The notes: generated by a model not told the origin, from the letters alone. Positions 38,576 through 51,260 are shown, numbered from the stretch's first letter. The stretch is 51,563 bases of DNA from Octopus sinensis (GCF_006345805.1 NW_021834152.1:1-51563), one strand, 5' to 3'. Numbers and translations: made by a program.

Positions 38576-39507
38576 TATTGAAAGTGTTCATATTTGACTA
38601 AAACCTTATAGTATGTCATCTAAGATGATTTTCTTAAGTCATAATTTAACTACCAGTGTGGTTGCCATACAGGCTCCTACCTTGCAACCCTGTCCAGCTG
38701 AGTATTCCTAATCCAGCTGGCACCATGTATGTAAATAGCATCCATGCTGGTGCTGCGTAAAACCACCCAGTACACTCTGTAAAGTGGCTGGTATTAGGAA
38801 GGGCATCCAGTTGTAGAAGTCAAGCCAAAACAGACAGGGATCCTGAACAGCCCTTCAGCTGGTTGGCTCCTGTCTAACCATCCAACCCATGCTAGCATGG
38901 AATATGAACGTTAGATAATGATGATGGTGATAATTAAACTACCAGTTTTTAGTAAAAATTATTTTACTGAATTCCTTAATCTTTTTTGATTATTGAATTG
39001 AAATACAAAATCTTCCTTCAGCTTTGTATTATCTTTAATAGTGAAAACAAGCTAAAGAAAATGGTGCATATGATATTAGCAATATGGAGTCAAACATTTA
39101 CATTTATTAGATTAAATATTTAGTGCATATTTTAAAGGTTGATAAATACTATATCTTCTTTGATCAGAACAGTCTATTATTATTTTCCGTTTTTCTGTGT
39201 TAATGTTTATGTATTTTTGTTCAGAGTAAAGGAACAGTGCTCATAGTTATTGCAGGATTTCTTACACTAGTGAAGAACATTCAGTTAACCCATTAGATTA
39301 GCCCCATCTACTTCTCTGATATAAACTCAACTAAGTCTGATCTGGGATGCAATCATACAAAAATTCCTGTCTGTTTTAATGTGTTTTGGATTTAAATTAA
39401 AACCTTATGTCCTAAAGACTAGATAAATAAACAGTAGCAAAACTTAGTTAATTTACATCAAAATTATTGATTATTATTTTCAATAATACAATAATTCCTT
39501 GCAAAAC

Positions 39508-40150
39508 ATCATCATTTCCTGCCCATTTTCCATGCTGGCATGGGTTGGATTGTTTGACAGGAGCTGGCCAGCTGAGGAATTGCCTAGGTTTCGTGTCTGT
39601 TTTGGCATGGTTTTTTATGGGTGGATGCCCTTCCTAATACCAACCACTTAAGCAGCACTGGCATGGGTGTGTTTACTTGGAACTGGTATGGGTGCTTTTC
39701 ATGTGGCACTAGCACCCATGAACTTGCAAGGTTAAGAATACTCAGCTGGAGAAGGATTTAAGGGACAGCCTGTATGCAAGGACAACCACACTTCTACTTA
39801 GCTTGGCATGTCTTTTCAAGCACAGCAAAATGCCAGTTGTCTCAGTGCTCTGTCATCTCCTCTATGAGTCCAAACATCTGTAAATCCCTTTTCATCAATT
39901 TGTCCCATGTCTCCTTAGGTCTTCCCCTTCCACATGTTTCCTCTACAATTAGAGGTTAGCACCTCTTGATACAGCTATCTTCATTTATATGCATCACATG
40001 ACCATACCAATGGTCATGTGATGCCTCATATACTTAGTTTTTCTCTCAGATCACTTACACCCTGTTGTATATGCACTCTGACATTACCCATCCATACTGG
40101 CTTCCTTTCTTTCAAGACTTCACATATCTTCAGTAGTAACAGCCCATGCC
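39508..40150 (-). mobile_element. RTE LINE 3' end with UTR and (GAT)n tail
   Basis: Minus reads WAVTTEDM*SLERKEASM/WMGNV...LREKLSI*GI/WYGHVMHINEDSCIKRC*PLIVEETCGRGRPKETWDKLMKRDLQMFGL...LEKTCQAK* (stop 39794-96), running directly into a family C sequence. Solo family C copies lie at 38735-38930, 41855-42010 and 47795-48040 (+). Confidence 0.9.
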
Positions 40151-42064
40151 TCACCCAAGGTGGTGCCCAAGCATGGCTGCAGTCTAATGACTGAAAGCAG
40201 TAAAAGATTAACGAGTAAAGATAAAAGATATAGGCAGTGTGCATTACAATAGAAATAGGGGCAGGAAAGCAGTAAAGTATTTCAGTGTCATCCTTTTAGT
40301 TCTGGGTTCAAATCACATCTAAATCTGTAATTCAAGTTGCTAAACTAACCAGAGGTGCCAGGGTAGAATCTGGAGAATCTCTAGATTGGCAGCATCTGCC
40401 AGACCAACCATTCTTCCATTGTCTACTACTTTCTATTCAAAGATGGCAATCTGAGTTCTTAGCTTTCAGTTGTTTATGATAACTGGATTTAGTCAACATT
40501 TTCCAAACTCACCAGTATTGGATATTATCAATCCTTCATTGGTTATTGGTTTCATAAATCAAATACCAATAATAAACAGGAGTTAATTGAACTCGTTACA
40601 CGGTCTGCTTTTCTCTATCTTTTACTCTTTGTCACACCACCATTCTCTCTCTCTCTCTCTCTCTCTCTCCACAAACCAATGTGTCTCATTAAAAAATAAT
40701 TTATTCTACCAAATACATACAGAAACAAGTTAGCAGAAATGGTTATTCTTATTGTTGTTATCATTGTTGATATTGCTGTCTGAGATTCTATTTTGGATAT
40801 TTTGTCATTGTTCTTGTCATTGTTGTTGTTACTGCTAGTCACCCATGTTAGTGATATGTCTGATATTGCTCTTCTTCTTATACTACTACTACTACTACTC
40901 CGCTGCTGCTGCCGCTGCTGCTGATGATGATGATAATGATGACGATGATGATGGCAATGATGATGATGATGATGATACAGTTATTGTCTTTGCTTCTCGT
41001 GTTTTTTTTATATGTTGTTGCTGTTATTGCTGCATGTTGTTGTTCAAGTTGTATTATCATGTTTCTACCACAAAATACGACCACTTTTTAAAAAAGAAGG
41101 GAACACAGAATAAAATTTAAATAATAAAATTTAAATACAATTAAATAAACTACTTCAAATTAGTTTTATTTTTTTTTACATTCAACTTCCTTCATTATTT
41201 GTTATTTTTATTTTTATTTTTGTGTGTCTTAAAATTTAAAACTTGAATTTTTGATTTTATTTTGTAACTGGAAATAATTGAAGAAAAGTAAAAGAATTTC
41301 ACTGTTTCTTCCAGAACCTTCCCTGTGGTCAACATCATGAGTTTAATTCACCAAACAACATTGTTTACACTGAATCTTATTTTCTTGTAAACACTTGGAG
41401 TTTTATAACCATGAAGTGTAAGTTATTTAAAGTTCCTTGATTGTAAACATCATGTTTACACAGTCTTTATATGTTGTCAACAAAGTAGAGATGTACTAGA
41501 GTGCGTATTTAATGCATTAGCATTTGAACAGGCCATACGTGGCTGAAATATTTTACCTGTTTTATGTTCAAACCAGCCAAGTCTGACCTCTCACACCTAC
41601 CTTACAATGTCATTTAAAAAATAAACAATCACATCACGGTGGAAGATTTATCTATCTTTTAGTTAATTCCAGAAAACCACAACAAAGCCACAACCATCAT
41701 TTCAAGAACAAAGGAATATTTTTTATGGTTTTACATGAACCAAAAGCATTGGTGAGTTAATGGGGGACAGAAAAGTCAAATAAAGGGTCACTGATTCAGA
41801 GTCTGGGAGACCTTTACATTCAACATCTAGACAGTTTTCTGTATCATTTATGTAAGGTAGGGTGTTAGGAAGAGCATCCTGCAATAGAAACCATGCCAAA
41901 GCTGACATTGGGGCCTGACACAACTTTGCAGCCATCCAACCCAAGCTATTATGGGAAACAGATGTTAAATGATGATGATGATGATAATGACAGTGATGAT
42001 GATGATGACGGTTGGAAAAGGCGAGGTAGTAGCCATAACCTTTCCATTCCTCCTCACTACAGAA

Positions 42065-42210
42065 TGAATGAGATTGATGTGACTGATATTTGGCTGGAAA
42101 AATCTGAACTAGAGGAAAATGTTTGCAAAGAGAGGTTCCAGAGGTTCCTTGTTCTTGGAGAGGAAGGATTGGATTTTCCTAGAAAGTTAGTAGTTGATGA
42201 TGAGGAACAA
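42065..42210 (-). mobile_element. CR1/L2-like LINE 3' fragment
   Basis: The minus frame reads SSPRTRNLWNLS, resembling the conserved FFPRT..LWN.LP C-terminal motif (42158-42135). Confidence 0.55.
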
Positions 42211-43978
42211 CTGCATGTATTATTACATGATTAAATAATGGTGGTGAAAGGGTAGAACCATTAGCATGCTGGGCAAAATGCTTAGTGGCGTTTTGTCTGC
42301 TTTTATGTTCTGAGTTCAAATTCTGCCGTGGCTGACTTTGCCTTTCAATAAAATAAGTACCAGTTCAATGCTGGGGTCAATGCAATCGACTGCCCTCTCC
42401 CTCAATACTTCAGGCTTTGTGCCTATATTAGAAGGGATTACTATTTGATCAAATATTTTTGTATTAAATAAGGATAGTCAAAAACTGGAGAAATGAAAAG
42501 TGAAAACATTATAACTTAGTTTTCCATTCTAGGCTCTATTAGAAGAATATATATCAACATCAAGTACTTGACTTGGTACTCGTACTTTATCGTGTGATTC
42601 CAGAATGAGTAAAGTAAATTTGATGTTGATACATTTGAATTCAAAATTTAAATTTCAATGATGAGGCATGGAATATGGGGTCAAATGTTATTCAATCTCA
42701 CAATTGTAATTTCTCTAATATAAACTCTTGTTTATGTAGGTACTTTGTTTCAAAAGTAAAGCTATTTTACATTATTTCAAAAGAACTTTCTGGAATGATA
42801 TGATTTTTCTTTTTTTTTTTCCTTTGATAAGAGAGGGATAAATTTTATTTTATAAGACTCAATAGCATTTCATTTTTTTAAATATCACTTCTTGCAGAAC
42901 CGTCTAGAATTTAAGAAAGAGAATAAAACACACACACACACACACATACACAAGAAAAATTATATAAAACTCCTGAGGCTGAGCGGGTTCTTCATTTCTC
43001 TCTAAAAGGAAATAACTTTCACCACAGGATCTCTTTAACTTTGAAATAATTTTTGAACTTCTGAAGTTGATTTTATAAATGATGCTATTTGTGAATATGG
43101 TTGACGCTAAGAAAAAGAACAAAAAACAAAACAAAAATGGTACATGGAAGAAACTTAGTTATTTCGAATGGAAATGAATTTGCCATTTTATCATTTCTGA
43201 CTATTTATTTTGTTAGCTTTATTTTATGCTTATCTTTACTATTCATGGTTTAAGAAGTGCATGTAGAGTTTCCTTTCTTGGAACAAGTATTCGGTACAAC
43301 TTTGAGATCATGAATAAAGATGTTTAAAGTTAACAAAGATATTCAAGGTTAATGAACATGTTCGTAGCTAACCAGCATGTCAAGATTAACAAGAATGTTC
43401 AATACAAAAGGTGAGTAGAGCTATTTAAAGTTAACAAGGTTAACAAGAATACCGAGGGCCAAGAAGCTGTGGTTAACACCAATGTTCAAATGGCGTATAA
43501 AAACGTCAAAACAATATTTATAAGTCCTTATACTGCTGTTTACTGGCACATGGCTATGTCTATCCTAACAGGTTATTTGGCAATAATGCTCTTACAGAAA
43601 TAATAATAATAATTGCTTCTAATTTAAGCACAAGGCCAACAAGTTTTGAGGAGAGTGAACAGGTGAATGAAACTGACCCCAGTACCTGGCTAGTTTTTAG
43701 CTTTATCAAAAGTGGGGTTGAAAAACTTAAGTCGACATTTCAAGCCTTCAGGATTCATAAAATAAAGTACCAATGAGTTACTAGCGTCAAATTCATGAAA
43801 GAACATTCTTCCCTCAAACCAGCTAGCCTGGTGTCAGAATTAGAAATAGCTCCTCCTCCTCCTACTCCTACTACTACTACTCAGTAGTAGTAGTTCTCTT
43901 CCTCATCTTCTGGCCATGACAACTGTTCGCAACAGTTCTACTGGACACTTTATTTCTATAACAAAAACAATAATAACA

Positions 43979-44045
<67 letters not shown>

Positions 44046-44117
44046 GAAGAAGAAGAAGAAGAAGAAGAAGAATGATGATGATGATGATAATAACGATGAT
44101 GATGATGATGATGATGA

Positions 44118-44161
<44 letters not shown>

Positions 44162-44898
44162 TTATTATTGTCATTGCATTTGTCTTTTCTGAATTTATTT
44201 CAAAAACGAGAATTGCTAATATGTTCTTGAATTTATTGTTGCAGTGTTCTCTTATCATATTATGACTTTAATCCCCAAGATGGTAGTAGAATATTTTGCT
44301 AGAAAAGGATTTATATCCGTAGCTTAATTTCAATTTCTGAAACTACTGCTTGCAATTGTTTCCCTTAAGTAGTATATTCTTTGCAAAAGACATGAACGAA
44401 TCCCTAACATTGTCCACTTTTCAATGAAATCTCTGCTTGGTTTTACTGTCTTGCTTCTATTTCTATATTCTATTGAAATAAAAGACATTTTTTTTAATAC
44501 TTTCATCTTGTGGAACATAGTAGAACGAAAGAAAATAAATCGCGAAAAAAAAACGTTTTTGTCTCTAAAAGGAAAATAACTTTCACTACAAGTCCTTTTT
44601 AGCAATTCTAAAACTTTTTTGTTTCTATTAGCTTAAAGGCAAAGGGGTTTCTGTATGGTTGCAAAAGCTTGTTTCCCAACCATGTGGTCTTGGGTTCAAT
44701 CCCTCTCTGTAATAGTTTGGGTAAGCAGCTTCTGCTATAGCAATGAGCCAACCAATTCCTTGTGAGTGGATTTGATAGAAGGAAGCTAAAACAAAGCCAT
44801 CACACACACATGAATGTGTATGTGTATGTGTGTTTGTTTGTTTGTTTGTTTGTTTCTGTTTGTCCACCAGCACAGCTTAACAATTGCCATTGGTTTGT

Positions 44899-45360
44899 TT
44901 AACTCCTTCGTTACCAACCTGGCTGAAATTGGCTCCAGCTCTGAGTACAAATGTCTTGTTTTCATAAGTTTTGAGTTAAAATCTTCCACCAATCCTTAGT
45001 CACAATTAATGTTCCTAACATAACATAACTAAGTTATTTTACTAAATCCTTTGCTATATTTAAAATCAATTGAAAGAAACACAGAGCATCTCAACAGAAA
45101 TATGATAACAAAAGGGTTAACAAATGATTAATTTAACCCTTTCAATACCAACCCGGCTGAAAATAGGCTCTGGCTCGAGTTACAATGTCTTGTTTTCATA
45201 AGTTTGGAATTAAAATCTTCCACCAAACCTTAGTCACAATTTATGTTCCTAACACTAGCTGAATGATAACTAAGTTATTTTACTAAATTCTTTGTTATAT
45301 TTAAAGTAATTGAAAGAAACACAGAGCATCTCAAAATAAATACAGTAACAAAAGGGTTAA
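44899..45360. mobile_element. Two tandem ~225-bp piggyBac-type (TTAA) MITEs
   Basis: Copy 1 is 44899-45120 and copy 2 is 45133-45360. Each runs TTAAC(T/C)C(C/T)TTC...AACAAAAGGGTTAA, and their internal sequences are colinear. Confidence 0.88.
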
Positions 45361-46413
45361 GCCTCTTGTAACTTCGAAGTTTGGCAAGTGACCCATAGAA
45401 TAAGTTCCAGGCTTTAAAAGAAACTACTTTTTTTTAAAAAGAGTATGCTATCATTTGAAGGATGTGTGGCTACAATTTCTGGCAGGTTTATGCAGCCACA
45501 TACAGGCTGCCAAATCTTTAGGGGTGCATCATATAGTAAAACAATAACGTGTTGTGGGACCATATGGAGCATTGCAGTAAACAGTGAGTGACTGAAGGTA
45601 AATTATTGCACTGGGACACAACAGAGTTTCTCACTTGTGACTTATTTGATAACATTTGATAAACTATTTGTTTTTATTATGTTATAAAATAAGCCACAGA
45701 GTGCTTTGATGGTTACAACACAAAAGTCACTCTTTACTCTCTTTTACTCTTTTACTCGTTTCACTCATTTGACTGCAGCCATGCTGGAGCACTGCCTTAA
45801 TCGAGCAAATCGACCCCAGGACTTATTCTTTGGAGGCCTAGAACTTATTCTATCAGTCTCTTTTGCCGAACTGCTAAGTTACGGGGAAGTAAACACACCA
45901 ACATCGGTTGTCAAGCGATGTTGGGGGGACAAACACAGACACACAAACATATACACACACATACATACCGATGTTGGGGGGACAAACACAGACACACAAA
46001 CATATACACACACATACATACATACATATATATATATATATTTATATATATACAATGGGCTTCTTTCAGTTTCAGTCTACCAAATCCACTCACAAGGCTT
46101 TGGTCAGCCTGAGGATATAGTAGAAGACACCTGCCCAAGGTGCCACGCAGTAGGAATGAACCCAGAACCATGTGGTTGGTAAGCAAGCTACTTACCACAA
46201 TGCCACTCACTGTTCACAAAATCTCAAGAATATTTCTTCAAGGAAAGTATGAAATATTAATATATGGATTTTGGGAAAATAGTTTTTAAAAAATTTTTTA
46301 AAATCTATGTACTTAAAAAAAAGGTCATAGAAGTCTTTTGAAATGTGAAAATGAGAAGTAATGATAAAAACCTGGGGAAGCTATTGACTGAGAGATATGT
46401 AACAAACACTTAC

Positions 46414-46537
46414 CCTTGGTCTTTTAATGAATTACAATGAAGACAAAGCAAAATGAGTGGGTTTTCAGACTTACCTAAAATTAGAAGAAAAAAGAAACAA
46501 ACGTAAAAATATTTCATAACACATTAAGAAATAATTT
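46414..46537 (-). promoter_or_regulatory. Candidate recursive splice site (3'SS abutting 5'SS) with a 61-nt cryptic exon
   Basis: Minus reads TTTGTTTCTTTTTTCTTCTAATTTTAG|GTAAGT (junction 46475/46474). A second donor AGG|GTAAGT lies at 46414/46413. Motif evidence only. Confidence 0.4.
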
Positions 46538-48479
46538 CTTAAATCAACATAAAATTCTGAAAGAGGTTAAGAGCTAAGTGTTTTTTTTTACCTAATGGGT
46601 AATTGTTGTAATAATTGGAATAAAATAACTAATATTATAACTTCGAGCATGGAACAAAATCCCAGAGAATCTTATAGAACAAGAAAAACCTCACAAACTG
46701 TCAAGCTTGAGATGCAGTTTCTATTCTAGGTTGAAACAGTTTCCTTTTAACTCAGTTACTTATTTATTCCATTGTGGAAAGCCATTGTTGGGACTTTGGA
46801 CCTTCTGTTAAAATTAGAGCTTATTTTTCTTAATCAAAAAAACTTAAAATCTACTATTTAGTTATGGTCATATTTAACATTTAGTGAAATTATTAATTAG
46901 CATGTAATCAACCACCTTTGGTGCAGTCACCTAGCCAAACATACCTATATTTGAGACACTGTATCATGGGTGGTAAGGGTACTATTTGTTCATAAGTAAA
47001 ATTTCCCCTACATTCAAATTTGAAATTGCCCATTGAGGAAATTTCTAAAATCCCAAATAAGAAATGAAGAAGGGTTTAATATTTAATACAAGTTTCATAT
47101 CTATGAATTTGTAACATTAAAAATTTAATATTTTCCTCAGAACAGATTCCACACCTGCAACAAGTTCTTACAGGTTCTAAAGATGTTCATCATAATTTCT
47201 CTACATCAGCAATGGGTAGCCTGTGAACCACAAGACTTTCTAAATGGTATGCCTAATGAAGAATCACTCCGAACTTTTTAGTCGTGAGGCCCACCTGATA
47301 ATGAGTCATGCCTTATGCAGCCTGCTTCTTGAAGAAGGTTATCCATGCCTGCTCTACTTAATTGCATGACTCAGTAGAAACAGCAGTCAAATCTTTCTCT
47401 ATCAGATTAGACAGGGGACTTAGGAAAAAGAATTGATTATAGATGGTGGTACTAAAATAATTTTCTGCAGAGGGGAAAGGCATAAAGATATGAAGTACTG
47501 AGTAGAAATTAACAAATAAAAGCAATACAATAAATTTACTGGAAATTCATAAACATTAAATAATTAACAATAGCAATTAGTACTTTGAAGACAACAACAG
47601 TAACAAAAATGCCCACCCCCTTGAAATATTTTTCACATAATTTAATGGAATTATAATTAACTGTTAATAAATGATGCTAAAAAAATTGCAGTTCTCAATA
47701 AAAAAATAAAACATTAAAATTTGATAAATTTCAGTGCATATATAAAATTTGAGTAATTGGCTTAATTAAACTAACAAATTACATGAACATAAAAAGCACC
47801 AACTGATTGTGGCCGTTGCGAGCCTCCTCTGGACCTCGTGCTGTGGCATGTAAAAAAAAAAACACCCACTACACTCATTGAGTGGTTGGCGTTAGGAAGG
47901 GCATCCCGCTGTAGAAACACTACCAGATCATACTGGAGCTTGGTGCAGCCTCCTCGCTTCCCAGACCCCGGTTGAACCATCCAACCCATGCTAGCATGGA
48001 AAATGGCTGTTAAACGACGACGATGATGATGATGATGATATATATATATATAATATATATATATATATATAGTGGAGGTGCAATGGCTTAATGGTTAGGG
48101 CAGCAGACTCGCAGTCATAAGGTCATGGTTTTGATTACCAGACTGAGTATTGTGAGTGTTTATTGAGCGAAAACACCTAAGGCTCCATGAGGCTCTGGCA
48201 GGGGATGGTGGCAAACCCTGCTATACTCTTTCACCACAACTTTCTCTCACTCTTACTTCCTGTTTCTCATGTACCTGTATTTCAAAGGGCCAGCCTTCTC
48301 ACATACAGTGTCATGCCGAATCTCCCAAAGAACTATGTTAAGGGTACACATGTCTGTGGAGTGCTCAGCCACTTGCACGTTAATTTTACAGGCAGGCTGT
48401 TCTGTTGATCGCATCACCTGGAACCCTCACCATCATAACCGACAGAGTGCCACGACATATATATATATATATATATATA

Positions 48480-48720
48480 AATTAGAAAAAGAACACCTTT
48501 TATTAATTCAACAATGAAAAAATTAAATTATACCATACAGAAAAAATTTATCCTATAGTAAAAATTAAATATAAGATAAAAACATATACCAATGATTAAG
48601 TAATGTGCAAAATAATAAATAAAACGTATATATTTGGTAAAATGACTACACGTGTTTCGTGGCTATATTTAAGAAATGACAATAGTAAAATCAATTCAAT
48701 ATAAATATAGCCACTCTTTG
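48480..48720 (-). mobile_element. Penelope-like pLTR remnant with a hammerhead fold (CUGANGA box degenerate)
   Basis: Perfect 13-bp stem GTGGCTATATTTA/TAAATATAGCCAC (48659-71, 48702-14), followed on the minus strand by GAAA-CACGTG-TA. (TA)n flanks both sides. Confidence 0.7.
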
Positions 48721-48751
<31 letters not shown>

Positions 48752-48777
48752 CATATATATACATATATATATATATG

Positions 48778-49016
48778 TGGAGGCACGTGGCTAGGGTGTC
48801 AGCATCATGATCGTAAGATTGTGATTTTGATTCCTGAACTGGGCTACGCATTATGTTCTTGAGCAAAATGCTTCATTTCACATTGCTCCAGTCCACTCAC
48901 CTGGCAAAAATGAGTAACGCTGCGATGGGCTGGCGTCCCATCCAGTTGGGGAACACATACGCCATAGAAACAGGGAAACTGGGCCCATGAGCTGGCTAGG
49001 CTTTAAAAGGGCACAT

Positions 49017-49020
<4 letters not shown>
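48778..49020 (+). mobile_element. tRNA-derived SINE
   Basis: GGAGGCACGTGGCT..., then a TTCTTGAGCAA...TTGCTCCAGTCCACTC core. Confidence 0.75.
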
Positions 49021-49050
<30 letters not shown>

Positions 49051-50291
49051 CAAATGTATCTTTGCTGAAGATAGCAGGTTGTGATTTGAGGGAGATTTTG
49101 TTGCTATTTCAATTTTTATTTGCTGATTATGATTGTTAGTTTTGGTGCTGTTGTTAGTAGTAGTGTTAGTATCGGTGGTATTTGACGAGCAAGTAGCGGT
49201 GGCAGGTTCTTTTCGCTGGTGGACGTTATATGAACAGCCAACATCAGAGTTACTGTTATTGCTGTTGATGTCATCTCATACGACGACAGCATTCATGCTT
49301 TCCACATTGACTAGCCTGTGTTATTGTTGTTGATGTTGTTAATATTGCAATGCTTCTTTTCCAATAATACAATTGATTTTTGTTATTGCTCTTGCAGTTG
49401 TTTTTTTTGTTTTTTTTCACATTGCATGTAGTTTTAATTGCGCTAATTTTTCTCAATAATTTATTTATTCTGTCTCTGTCTCGTTCACATATTGCTTTTT
49501 GTTGTTGTTGTTGTTGTCGTCCAACTATTAATCGAAGCCTTTTTTATTGTTACTCTAACTTTTGTCAAGATCAGACGATAGCAATAATGACGATGATGAT
49601 GATGATGATGATGAATATGATCGTAATAATGATCATAATCGTCATCATCATCGTCATCATCATCATCATAATTGTTACTATGATCAACCCGCATCTTCAG
49701 AGAGAAAAAAGAGAGAGAGATGGAAAGAAACGTGCCAGAAGGTATTATTGCTGTCACAACAATCTATCAGTGATCAATAAATCAATAATACTTTCTTTAT
49801 CTCCCCCCACCCCCACTTCATTCCCGCTCCTCCTCCTCCTCCACTCCACTGACCAACCAATTCGATACACTTCCTCGCTGCCCCATCCTATCACCACCTA
49901 TGATCAATTCCTTTTCCTAAGAGACATTAAGGTCACTGGAACAGGAAGGAAAGAAGAGCCAACAAAGGGCGTGGCACGGTCCACCCCCCCCTCAGCTTTA
50001 GATTGTCGTAGTTTTACTTCCATCTTTTGCATCTTTGTCTTCAAGTGGTTGCTGTTATTATTGTTGTTGTTGTTGTTGCTGCTGCTGCTGCTATTTTGCT
50101 ATTATCATTTCTGGATTTTTCCTATATATATATACGAAGGATGAGCAAATGAGCTAATTCAGCTGTTGTTGTTGTTGTTGTTGTTGTTGCTGTTGTACTT
50201 TTACATGTACCAAATTGAATAGGTTCGTATAATCCTTCCTTTATCATCATGCTTACACCATACAGCACCAGCAAAAGCAAGATAAAGACAA

Positions 50292-50708
50292 GCGCAGGAG
50301 TGGCTGTGTGGTAAGTAGCTTACTTACGAAACCATATGGTTTCAGGTTCATTCCCACTGTGTGGCACCTTGGGCAATTGTCTTCTTCTATAGCCTCGGGC
50401 CGACCAAAGCCTTGTGAGTGGATTTGGTAGACAGAAACTGAAAGAAGCCCGTCGTATATATGTATATATATATATATGTATGTGTGTTGTGTGTGTGTGT
50501 GTATGCTTTGTGTCTGTGTTTGTCCTCCCAACATCGCTTGTCAACCGATGCTGGTGTGTTTACATCCCCGTAACTTAGCAGTTCGGCAAAAGAGACCGAT
50601 AGAGTAAGTACTAGGCTTCAAAAGAATAAGTCCTGGGGTTGATTTGCTCAACTAAAGGCCGTGCTCCAGCATGGCCACAGTCAAATGACTGAAACAAGTA
50701 AAGGAGTA
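50292..50708 (+). mobile_element. Full-length family B SINE (reference copy)
   Basis: Head GGAGTGGCTGTGTGGTAAG, B-box-like GGTTCATTCC, internal (TA)/(TG)n, and tail ATGACTGAAACAAGTA. Confidence 0.9.
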
Positions 50709-50970
50709 CAAGCGTATATAAATGAACATGCATATGATTTATCTATCTATCTGTCTGTCTCTACTCTCTGCCATTAGAGACTGATGAGTTGTCTATAAAG
50801 GTAAGCACTTTATGGATGTGAAACCATTGGTCAATCTATGACTGGACATATATTTAACTGCATTATAAATATATTCCTAATACTGTTCTATATTTAAGAG
50901 ATGAGGAATTATGTACATTATTTACATTATTCACATTTGACAGATATTTGTCCTCATCTTATTTGTTGTT

Positions 50971-51016
50971 AACACAACGTTTCAGCTGATATACCCACCA
51001 GCCTTCATCAGGTGTC
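50971..51016 (-). ncRNA. Minimal type I hammerhead ribozyme (Penelope-type, dimer-dependent variant)
   Basis: Minus reads GACAC-CUGAUGA-A-GGCUG(GUGGGUAUAU)CAGCU-GAAA-CG-UU-GUGUU. Stem I GACAC/GUGUU and stem II GGCUG/CAGCU pair, stem III is the loopless palindrome AACGUU, and the core is intact. Confidence 0.75.
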
Positions 51017-51186
51017 TTGGGGAAATTTCAAACCTGGATTCTCATTCCTAAGGTATTTTTCAATGTTATTATAATTATTATTATTATTATTATTATTATT
51101 GTTATTATTATTATTTTATTATTATTATTATTGTTATTATTATTATTATTATTATTTTATTATTATTATCATTATTTATTATTATT

Positions 51187-51260
51187 CAGGTCACTGCCTG
51201 GAATCAAACTCGGAATCTTGGGGTTAGTAGCCTGCGCTCTTAACCACTATGCCATATGCC
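51187..51260 (-). mobile_element. tRNA-derived SINE head (Pol III A/B boxes) followed by (AAT)n
   Basis: Minus reads GGCATA-TGGCATAGTGG-TTAAGAGC...AGTTTGATTCC. The acceptor and T stems do not close as a functional tRNA. Confidence 0.8.

Noticed and set aside
51187-51260. Functional tRNA gene
   Set aside because: A/B boxes are present but the acceptor and T stems are mispaired, and it is followed by (AAT)n. It is a SINE head.
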